From the NCBI RefSeq assembly GCF_009914755.1, contig NC_060937.1: a stretch of DNA of 64,000 nt, one strand, 5' to 3'. Position numbers and translations under genes: made by a program. The notes under the pieces are model-generated. The model did no database searches. It saw only the letters and a list, made by a program, of their open reading frames with translations, and was not told where the DNA came from. The DNA is from the human T2T-CHM13v2.0 reference genome, Homo sapiens. This document shows, in pieces, positions 51,031 through 62,055 of this stretch (its first letter is position 1; each line of letters starts with the position of its first letter).

Positions 51031-53424
51031 TTTTTTTTTTTTTATTTTCTTGTTTTACCCTCCCCAAAACAGAGACATTGAACAGTAGTTAGAATGGCCA
51101 TCTCCCAACATTTAAAAAAACTGCACTCTCCAATGGGTGAACAAAGTAAAGAGCAGTAACTCAGAATTCAGCTGAGCAAGCCACTGTGGAGCCTTAAGTG
51201 GTGAGGTCTCCCAATATCACAGTGACGTGTCTTCAACTTATATCACCTTTTAGTGGAAAAACATAATTTAATTTTTGTGAAATGAGATTCATCTCTTGGC
51301 ATGACTAGTAACAGCATTCACTGAATTTCACATTCTTCTTTTGTGAACTGTGAAGACAATGAATGGTATCTAGAAGAAAAATGGAATAATGATATACTAG
51401 GACAAAAACACCTATATTTTGTTTTACAAAGCTAACAGTAGTTTTAAATCTGCAACTTCATTATAGACCAACTATGCCACAACCTTTTCAAATGGCAAGA
51501 ATGCAAAAATATTTCAGAATAAGTGCATACTGAATAAAAACACTGAAAAATATCTTGCTAGAGGGAGGTCAGGTTGGAAAAGTTACTACCAAAGCTAAAT
51601 ATTTTTCTTTTACATAAACTATACTCAAAAATAGCTTTATGAGACTGATTTCTGGAAAGGGCTTAATAGCTAAGAAACGAATACCTTAACTAACAAGGGT
51701 GGATAGAAAGAAACAAAGAAGCTTCCTACCCCCAACATTTGGATTTGTTAAGATTTCTTCAGCATTATAGTACTAATATATCCCTTAATGGCAGAATGTG
51801 GTAATCATGGAATTAATTATTGCTGAAGTAGTTTTCAAATGAAAAAGAGAAAAAAATAAATGAAACCTGACACAATCTGACCAAACATGTGGCAATTTAC
51901 AATTTCAAGGTTATTTTACAAAATGCCTACATTTACACAATAGGCTCCTGGCAGCATTTTCAGACAAATGTTCTTTTAATTTATCCTGACATGCTATAAG
52001 TGAATAAATTACACGATTTAAAGAATTAAAAGGAAAATGAGTTTTCCTTTATCTTGCATCAGAGAAAAAGAAAAGAACGTGCAAAAAGATTGAGAGGAAG
52101 AGCACGCACACACAGATAATTCAGAGAAGCAGACGGGGGTTAGGGAGGGTCAATGATCACAGAACCTCACAGTGTGCTCTCCAAGGGTAAAAGTCAACTG
52201 CTTATAGCCATTTCACAAGTATTTTAAACAACAATGTTTTGTAGTCAAACCCTTCAATGCTTGCATTCTTATTTGAAATCAGCCCAGCTATTAGTCAGTG
52301 GAAGAAGTAACAATACCAAGTTTTGGCAGGTGCAGTACTAGATATTTTACCACAAGTCATTAGAAAAAGAAAAATGAAAGAATACATTTCCCCTTCATAC
52401 AAAACGATTATTTTAGAATAAAAACATTGAAAAAAGTTATATAATGAAATAAAATTTACTTGCAAGGGAATATCATGTAACAAATGGCTCGAAGTTGACT
52501 ATCAAAAAATTGGGGAGATTTTTATTTCCTAGTGAATCAGCAAGGCATTTTTTGGTTGTTGTTTAAAAAAGTATTATTTCCTTATAGAAACAGTTTTCAG
52601 ATTTTAGTGAACTTGTAAAACATAAAAGCTCCCATTTCAAAATATGAACAAAATCCCAGATCATATGGGTGTTTACGGTGATTACATTTATCTAAGCCAT
52701 GTACATACATGTTCAGTTGTAAGATGTTAACTAAATTTCTGTGACAAATATGGTTGTTGTTGTTTTTAAAATACCGAGAACATGATATAGTTAATGTGGA
52801 ATTCTAAAGATAATCTGGTAGTTACTAAGATTTTCTTATGTCTTCACAGGTAAGCAGGCGGAATCTTTCCTATTCTCAAAACTGGAATTTTTGGTTACTA
52901 CTAGATCAGCTGGCTTACAGACAAGAAGCCAACCATTTTAAGAATGCTCTTTATGTGAACAATTTGCAAACCCCAGGGATGGAGAAACCCTAAAAATGCT
53001 CAATCATAAGCATTTACAACCTTTGCAGCTGTGGCTGAATACTGTCCTTCTGAAATGATATCTCAAAGCAGTCTAGTTCAAAATAAAAGGTTTTAACAAA
53101 AAATTGGCATATGGACAATGTCTCCACCAATTCGTGTGTGTCAACCATTTAGTTAACTTTTCTACTTGAATAAATGCAATAGAAAACCAGACACCACGTT
53201 TCACTACCTCAGTTAATATTCACAATTACAGAGGCTACACTTTGGGATACAGCATCACCAACGCTCCCCAGAGTCAGTTTATATTGAAATAAAGTTTTTT
53301 ACACCAACTAAATGGTTGTTCACAGCCACTAGCTGGTGTACATATGAACTACAATTTCTAGATGTGGGGAGAAACAAATGCTGCTCGAATCATCTGCTCT
53401 GCTTCTTCTGTTCCTCATTCACGC
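51031..53424 (-). other. CSNK1A1L: Retrocopied CSNK1A1-like 3'UTR; candidate AATAAA at 52521-52526; A-tract at 51031-51043; distal boundary uncertain
   Basis: Repeat-free, AT-rich, contiguous with the stop codon; resembles the recalled CSNK1A1 3'UTR to at least about 51850. Confidence 0.65.
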
Positions 53425-54438
53425 TTAGTTATCTTTCACATTATTCTTGTTTTTTTCAGTTTGCTTGCCTGTCTGGGTTTGGGCCTGCTGACCCTGCCCA
53501 CTGGAAGAGGCTGCCTGCTGTGCTGCTTTCTGCTTTAACATCGTCCAATCAAATGTGTAGTCATATTGGTGGTTCAGGGTCCTGAAAAGAATGCGGAATA
53601 GCTGCCTCAGATACATGTAATCTGGGACTTCCTCAAAGCGCAGCCCACGACAGTAGTTCAAGTACATGGCGAATTCTGCAGGAAACCCCTTACATAAAAC
53701 TTCAACAGGGGTGGACATCTTCTTCTCACTAATCTTTTCATATTTTTGTTTTTTTGTCATAGCCCTTAGTCCTTGCCACGGCAGGCTGGTTCTATTAAAA
53801 TACATGAAAACGTAGCCTAAGGATTCCATGTCATCTCGGCGGCTCTGCTCAATACCAAGATGTGCATTGATGCTGGCATATCGGACAGTGCCAATGAGGT
53901 GTTTATCTTCTCTGTACGGTATGTGTTGCCTGGTCCTGTTGTCTCTGTACTTTTTGGCCAAACCAAAATCAATAAGGAACAACTTATTACAGTGACGCCC
54001 AGTACCCATCAGGAAGTTATCTGGTTTAATGTCTCGGTGTAGAAAATTCTTTGTATGCACGTATTCAATTCTGCTGATCATCTGGTCGGCTAACATAAGT
54101 ACAGTTTTCATGGTGAACCTTCTTGAACAGAAATTAAAGAGGTCTTCGAGGCTGGGTCCCAGAAGGTCCATGACTAGCACATTGTTGTCTTTTTCCTGAC
54201 CATACCAGTGCATGTGGGGGATGCCAACCCCACCTTGAAGAATCGTGTAGAGTTTGCTCTCATACAGCAACTGGGGGTGCTTGACCTTCTGAGATTCCAG
54301 CTTCACTGCTACGTCCTCGCCGTTGGTGGTGGTGATGCCCAGATAAACGTCTCCAAAGGAGCCAGACCCGATCTTCCGCACCAGTTTGTATTTCCCTCCC
54401 ACAACGAGTTCGGCTTTGGAGCCGCTGTTGTTTGTCAT
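53425..54438 (-). CDS. CSNK1A1L: Casein kinase 1 alpha-like, 337 aa, intronless retrogene of CSNK1A1
   Basis: Uninterrupted [14 protein letters not shown]...KNKNNVKDN* with GSGSFG, VAVK46, HRD136IKPDN, DFG, CK1-specific SIN and [10 protein letters not shown] motifs. True ATG at 54438 (the track start at 54450 is a TTG). Confidence 0.97.
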
Positions 54439-54830
54439 CCTGAGAGGCAAAGATGGAGGCTGGGCTCAGCCCTGACCCCTCTAGGGGAGGATGGAGGCCT
54501 CCGGGGCCCACCGGCCCGCAAGGCTGAGGATGAGGGCTGCTGGAAATGGCCACCGAGGCGTTTCCCGGTGTTACAGGGCGTGGAGTCAGCCTGATCCCTG
54601 CAGCACACCAGGATTTCCGCCAGGCCACAGTTTGCGAGGGTTTCTCAAGGTTCCAGGCTGGGCCACCACCTCTTTCTCGGTGGCGGTCGCTGCCTCGCTG
54701 TCGTGGCGATGTCGTGGGCTGAGAAAGGGGGCACAGCGAGTTGGGGCAGCAGTACTGCTGCCACCGCTACCAACGGCTGTGGGCCAGAGGGCCCGGTCAC
54801 GCCGCCGGCGCCGCCATTTTGTTCCTCCAC
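54439..54830 (-). promoter_or_regulatory. GC/CpG-rich 5'UTR and putative promoter of the retrogene, with a YY1 motif
   Basis: CpG-retaining segment ending abruptly at about 54830; AAAATGGCGGC on the minus strand at about 54810-54820. Confidence 0.65.
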
Positions 54831-55829
54831 CTCAGCCAACCACAAATCGAGAATTTTTGGAGAAGCTGTTATTGTCTGAGACCTCTGTTAGGTGTTCCAC
54901 TCATCTCACTCCATTTAAGACAAACTTGCTAGTCTTGTAAGGTAGCTATTATTTTCCCTGATTTGTTGGGTAAGAAAGGCTGAGTCTCAGGTAAGCGGCC
55001 TAAGGTTGCAAGAGATTGTGGGCGAGCTGGAATTCAAAACTGCCTAGGCTTAACTCGAAGCTCACCTTCTTTCAACTTAATCGTGCAGAAATGGGAGGCT
55101 TTTATAACAAAGATTTTCTTGTTTTCGGGCCCAGTCATTGTCCCATCTACTTCCTTAGCCATCATGTCTCCCTGGGTTAATGCGAGTCGGGGTGCCACCT
55201 CTTGAGGTTTTTCTGTGTGATCTCAGTGGTTGCTTCTTTAATGAGTTTAGTCAACAAGAGTTACTTACTGCTAGTTAAATTGAAATGTCTTTTTTTTTTT
55301 TTTTAAAGCGATCCTTTTGAAATTTTTTCATAGAGTGCTTTGAATTTAAATAGGATTCCACAGAGACGTTCTGGCAAAACTGACTAAATGAAGGATTCAA
55401 GTAAAATTTAACCAAAATATGGAGAAGAAACAGAAGCCGGCAGTTCTGAGCATTTTCTCAGAAGAACTGGGGCCAGCACTAGCAGAAAAAGCGGTACCAT
55501 TTCAATATTTTTATGAAAGTTCACATCACAAATAACAAAACCCGTGCGATTATTTTGTTTTATGAGGAGATGGGATAGGAACTGAGTATAATCCTAACGG
55601 GGCAGTAGCAACGAATTTGGGGGCCAATGGCAGAAAGGCAGGAGAGAGAGGTGCAGCTTTGAAAGCAGGTATTCTCACTTTACTGTCTCACATAAGTTAG
55701 TGCTGTTAACTTTTCTGACCTGCATCAATCTATGGCGAGAGAAGGAGCTGGTTTGAGACATAGACGGGCATAGAACATTATAAAGTGCTTTAAAACATTT
55801 TTAAAGTCCGCTTCAGACAAATATGTGAG

Positions 55830-56130
55830 GTGGGTAGCGCAGTATATTACTTGGCTTTGCAGCAGGAACAACTCGCAAATCTCAGTGGCTTACAATGACA
55901 AAGTTTATTTATCATTCAGGTTTTATGTAAGCTGTAGATCAGCTGCATCTCTGCTTCCTGTGTCCTCTTTGTTCTAGAATGCAGGCTGAAAGAGCAGCCT
56001 CCTTAGGAGCATGCTGTTCTCATAATAAAAGGAGTGGCAAATGTTACATTCCACTGGGCAAAACACATCACATGGCCAGGTCCAAAGACAGTGGGGTGAA
56101 AATACATACTCCTACCTCAGGTGGATAGTA
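55830..56130 (-). mobile_element. Ancient MLT1 (J/K-like) LTR fragment
   Basis: 'caaatctcagtggcttacaatgacaaagtttattt', 'cattccactgggcaaaacacatcacatggcc'. Confidence 0.55.
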
Positions 56131-57654
56131 ATACAGTATACTGCTGGCATATTTTATTATTATGATTGTACTTCTCATTTTATACAAGTGGAAATCAAGG
56201 CATAGAGAGGTTAGATGAATTGCCCAAGACCACACTACAGACAAGTGTCAGAGGCCAATTTGAAACTGAATTCTGACCCAAGGTAGTTACTTTTTATACC
56301 GTACCAACTAGAATGGCATTTCTTTCATTTACTCATCCAACTTTGTTGAAATTTGCCTGGAGAACAATTTCCTTTCTAATAACCAAGAATAAAATTTATG
56401 TTGTTAACCCACTGCCCATTATGCTTCCTTCCCGTTCAGTCTTCCAGTCAATGGCTTCAACACGAACCTTGAAATTCAAATAATCTCTATGTGAGAGAAG
56501 TCACTATTCAAAAAAGTTACAGATAACCCATACATGGACAAAAGCTTGAATCAAAAAATCCCCTTTCAATTCTGGAACTAGAATAGTTTAATTATAGTTT
56601 ATTTATTGTTTACTAAGTCCCATACTTTTTTGTACCAGTTAAATAAAGGCACTGTCTATAAAGAAGGTCAAGTGTAACTTATAATGGTGGTTGGGTGAAC
56701 CTTCACTTACAGGGAAGTTGTGAGCATCTCCAGAATGGGGAGGATCAGTAACTGAAGTGATGATATGACCCTGAATAGCTTCCAATCCAGTCTCCCATGA
56801 ATTCTCTTACCACAAGCCGGTGGGACTGCGGATTTTTCCCCGAACACATACTCCCTGCATTTTTTCATCTTTGGGTCTTGGCTTATGGTGTTGTTTCCTC
56901 AGCCTGAAATGCTTCCAGCCTGCTTTATCTTTCCCATCGCCCAGGTCTAATCCTAATAATCTCAGGGCTCTTCCTTAAATGCTGTTTGCTCCATGAAACC
57001 TTTTCCAATCTCCTCAACCAAATATAAATACTCTTTTTAAACCCAAACAACACTTTGCTTAAACTCTTGCATCCCCTCCTACCCTTTTGTCCAAAATTTT
57101 TCCATAAAAGATGTGCAACAAATAGTTTTTAAAATGGAAGTAAATTGAACTACTGTATTTCATAAAGTTTTGTGGACAGTGTGTGGGGTTGATGCATTCT
57201 TTATTTATTCATTCATTCAACAAATAGTTATTGAATGCCTCCTATTTGCAGGCATGAGTGACTCACCAAAGGTGGCATAGGTAGGTAATGATGGATTCAG
57301 AATGGAAATCCAGGATAGCCTGCCTCCAAAGCCAGTACTTTTAACCCCTACATAGACATCAACAGCCAGAGGCTCCTGAACGCTGGGTGGCTTCACTGTT
57401 GGGAATATATTAGTTCTGTTTCTTTTCTTTAATTGTATAAAGTATTTTACCAATGCATTTTAAAGCTATGATTTAGCCTTGATTTCAAAATTGCCTCTAA
57501 AATAATTTCTATTAATATAAGATGACCCCAGTAAAAGTAAAATAACGTATTCTGGGCAGGATTGTACTGGGTAGTATTGTACTGTTTAACAGCCAATTCG
57601 GGTTTTGTCAGTCCTGAACTTTATACAATTTTTTTTGTGGCCCTCTTTAAGAAA

Positions 57655-57690
57655 ACAACAACAACAACAACAACAAGAACAACAACAAAC
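57655..57690. repeat. (ACA)n trinucleotide repeat, one interruption
   Basis: Direct reading. Confidence 0.92.
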
Positions 57691-60600
57691 AGGCATGAAA
57701 TATTTAACTTAGGAAAAGAAATCATTGCAATTTACCTGAGTGTTAGAGGGTCAAGTCTTTTTTTTTATCCCCTAAGCTATCTTGATGCAATTGACCAGAA
57801 ATTCTTACATAGAAATGCTTCCACATTGCAATCTGACTTCTCCTCCCCACCTGAAATACTTCACAACTCCTGTCCACTCCTAACACTTAGAAGGGACCTT
57901 GCAAAGGAGGCTTTATTCACTTCCCTGTAAGTCCGTGTCTGCTTTTGGCAATTAAGAAATGATACTCAAATGGCATTGGTTTTAGTCTCATATGAATTTT
58001 GGGGTTAATTTTCTGGGCTTCTTGGTATCTTTTCCCAGGAAATGGAGACACTTTAGTAGAATGGTCATTTGAGACACAAAAATTTCTTAGTTAAAAAAAA
58101 AAATTTTTGGCTATCAAATTGGGTCGGCAGTTGTCATTACAGAAACCATTTGGCATGAATATAATCTCCTTTTGGAACTATTTAAATAGAATACAAAATA
58201 AATCAAAATATGTTCTTAAATAAATAATGCTGTCACTAAGGGATTTACTGACATTTATGTGGCTCAAACACTATGTTCAGAATAACATTACCCAGAATCA
58301 ATCACTTCAATTTTAAAAGATCCTGGAGATGACTAACTTTATAGAAGGATTTAAGTCATTTTTTCCTCAAAGCTTTTTGGAAGTATTGGCACTGCAAAGA
58401 CAGTGAGACACTATTGGAAATGAGGTTATTTGGTGTAGTATCAAAAATCACAGCAGAGGGCGTCATTGTAATGTGCTGGATTTTTCTTTCTTCATGAAAG
58501 AATATTTTCTCCATGGCTCTGCATCTTTCTGTTCACTCATTTTGAAACTTGCAATATGTTTATCTGAAAAAAAGAAAACACTTAAATACCAATTTTACTA
58601 TATTGAGAATGTAGGGTTCAATTTCAGCCTTAAAAATCATTACTTATTTTGTTTGGTTCCCATGAAGTTATTGCAATTCTGGCACCTTTCTGGACTTCCT
58701 TCCAGAGCAGTGAGGAGTTGTGTAACCTCTTTTACTTTTTCTTGCAGGTTGTCACCTTATTAAGACCATTCAAATTGTTGGCAGATCATTATGTGAACAC
58801 ATTCATTAATTATGTTACTTTATTCAAAGATCAGAAAAATTACATGAAAACAGTTCATGACATCACACTTATTGCATCTTCCAGTTCCTTTCAGTGAATT
58901 TTGCTTAAGTTCTAACAGCTATCTACTCTAATACAAAGAAAAAGCTGTAAGTTGTAATTATGTCAGATGTTCAAAATGAATGAGACTAAGTATAAATGAT
59001 TCATTAATTTAGGTTGTTTTAATTATTTTATGGATTCATCTTGTGATTAGTTTGACTGTGATTAGGGTGAACAATGGATTGGAAAATAAAAGGATTGGCT
59101 GAACTACAGTTTAGTGCATCCTGAATGTGCATACACAGGCTTGCACTTAATCCCAGTGAAGTTCCTTTTTGACAATTTTGTCTAAGAGAGAGCATCTCCA
59201 GCAGAGTACAAATATTTTTTATAACTCTGGGTTCTGCAGTCAAATATATTTATTTTTCAAGTCTCAACCTGGTTCCTTATAATTATGTTCACAGAGATAT
59301 TTAATTTTATCCAATCATCATACACTCTAACAGTACATGTCTAGCATCCTGTTTTTTTAAAAACAGTAGTCCTAATGATCTGTCAGAAAAGACATATTTT
59401 TGAGATAAAGGAGTTTCTAAATAATGAATTATTGTTTAGTACCAGCTTTTGGAATCCTTACATTTTAAGGAACTTGAATAATTTAAATATTAGATAATGT
59501 AACTCCTCATAAAAACAGTGTCTAGACAAGGGCCAATATTGCATTGAGATTGGATGAACATTTTATTTTGCATATAATTGTTGTCTATAAAACAAAATAC
59601 TAATAATAATGGCTACCAGTTAGACAATTTAGAACATGTCTTACTATTTACCTTTGTGGTAAAACATTGCATGTTTTAATTTTTTTCTAATAAAATATTA
59701 TACAATAACAAAACTGGACAATATTGTGAAAAACAACCATTTCAGGGCTCTTGAAATTCACCAAAGGCATACAACAAATTGAGAAGCAATTATTCACAAA
59801 AAAATGCTGAATGTAAGTTAGTAGGAGCAGTGGGAGTCTATGGTATTCTTATCTGGGGCTTCTCCTATCCATGTCTTCTGTACCCCATTCCCAAGGTGGA
59901 TCTGTTGAGAAGTTTATGAGAGCACTGCTGAATATGAAAACCAGCAGCTTCCCTGCCAAAGGGGGATCATTCGGTTTGGCGCACAGTGTGGAAAAACTTC
60001 ACACCCAGTGGTGTTGTCAGTAGAAATAGTGATCTTTGTGGCAAATGAAAGGAAAAGACTAGCTGTTCAGGTAGTCTGAAGTTACAGTCTTGGTTGCGGC
60101 AAACAATGGACTCGTAGACAAGCCTGGAAGTTAACAGGGAGATCTGAGAAATGATAGCCTTGGAGGGCCTTGCTAAGTTCTCCATGTATCTATGCAGGGG
60201 AGACTATGAGAGAATCCAAATAAGCCACATATCTTTGGCTAAGTGTGAGACAGGCCACAGAGGAGGTGCCACCAGAAGGCCTGGTGAGAAGTAATAGCCA
60301 AAGTCAACTTGACAACTGATTGAGTGAGTCAATGGCAAAACTTTCTTTGGATTATTTAACTGGTATTAAAAGACTATGCAAGGATTTTACAGTTTCTTTT
60401 ATTTTTGTAAATTCTTCATAAATTTTAAATTCTAATTTATTGGAATATATTCTAATTTATTGGAATATATTCTAATATGAAGGAATACATATATTCCTTC
60501 ATAATAATTAGGAATAATTTAGGAATACACTAGAATGGGGAAATGTTTTTTAATTTCTGAATTGTGACTCTCTGAGCTCATTCCCCATCTATAGATTAGA

Positions 60601-61319
60601 GCTCTTTATTGGCTTTACTACTTTTTTTAATTTTAGAGGAATAATATCTATGAGAACCTTGCAATATTAATAGTAGCTTACATTTATTGAACACCTATTA
60701 TAAGGCAGACATTGTGCTGTGACTTTACACACATTTTATGTCATTTAATTCTCATACTGGCTTTATGGTGATGTTATTCCCTTTCTGGGTGCGGAAATTG
60801 GAGCTTAAGCAAAATAACTTTTCCAAGGTTATAACAGCTAAGAAGTGAAGTATGTGGAATGCACCTTGGCAGTCTGATTCCTGAACTCAGATCCTTAAAT
60901 ACTATGCTATGTTTTCAGATGATGGTGCTATAGAATACAGAATATTTTTCTATGACTATAATAACATAATCTGATAGCAATTAAATTACCTTATGTAGAG
61001 TTATTGGTACATTAAGCAGGTTTTATATTTCAGTTTTTTTAAAAGAAAACCTTCATATCAAAGAGAATTTCAAACAGGTACAGAAGTAGATAATAATGTA
61101 ATGATCCTTCATGTACCCTTCACACAGCTTTGAATACTTTTTATAAGTGCTAAAATTACTGCTATCTATGCTAAACTTTGCTGCAAAAAGGAAATATTAT
61201 AGACCAATTTTTTGTACAGTGAGCATCAGTAACTGTTAATTTTGCAACTAAAATGTTCAATAATGGATTTTACTAACTCATTACTTTGTGAGTATTTCCT
61301 TTTAAAATAGGCACACTAA

Positions 61320-61495
61320 GGCCAGACCCTGTGGCTCATGCCTGTAATCCTAACACTTTGAGAGGCTGAGGCAGGAGGATCACTTGAGCTTGAGTTTGAG
61401 ACTGCAGTAAGCTATGATGGCACCAGTGCACTCCAGTCTGGGCAATAGAGTGAGACCCTATCTCTACAAAAATAAATTAATTAAAAAATAAGTAA
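61320..61495 (+). mobile_element. Monomeric Alu (FAM/FLAM-like, or a left-right fusion)
   Basis: Left-arm start joined directly to 'gagactgcagtaagctatgatggcaccagtgcactccag', then A-rich tail. Confidence 0.8.
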
Positions 61496-61749
61496 ATTGA
61501 ATAAAATAGATACAATACGTTTTTAAAAGTAGACAACTCTGTGCAAACAACATGAAGAGTACAAGGAGGAGAGGGTTGTAAATATTCTGTGGCTATTTGG
61601 CATAATGGAGCAAATGACTGGAACGTAGCAGGGTAGAGCTGTGGAATTTGGTTTACTCATCCTCTGTTTCTTTAAGATGCTGCCTATGGACCTCTACGGG
61701 TCTCCCAGCCTCTGTCATGTGACCCCGGGCTAGTCATCTTCTTTTAAAG

Positions 61750-62055
61750 ACTTTTTTTTTTTTTTCTGAGAAGTTTTAGGTTCACAGCAAAATTAAGCAG
61801 ACAATACAGAGTTCCCATATCCTCCCTACCCCCTGCCAGCCATGCATAGCCACCCTCACCATCAACATTTGGCACCAGAGTGGTACGTTTATTACAATTG
61901 ATGAACCATTCATACCTCATTATCACTCAAAGTCCATGGTTTACATTAGGGTTCACTCTTGGTGTTTGTCATACATTCTGTGAGTTTGGACAAATGTACA
62001 GTGATGTGTACTTACCATTAAAATACCATAAACAGTAGTTTCACTGCCTTAATAA
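61750..62055 (-). mobile_element. Old LINE-1 3' end (L1MC-like)
   Basis: T-tract, then 'ttttaggttcacagcaaaattaagcagacaatacagagttccca...caccagagtggtacgttt'. Confidence 0.8.

Noticed and set aside
54820-54915. Possible target-site duplication for the retrogene (cctccacctc vs ccttcacgtc at about 50712)
   Set aside because: Match too short and degenerate to support
54208-54940. Antisense and alternative-frame ORFs over the CSNK1A1L 5' region, and the MPLR N-terminal extension
   Set aside because: Shadow ORFs of a coding/GC-rich region; the extension starts at TTG, and the ATG at 54438 aligns with the parental start
57562-57930. 122-aa ORF with poly-Thr
   Set aside because: Non-ATG start; the Thr run is the (ACA)n microsatellite; no recognisable homology
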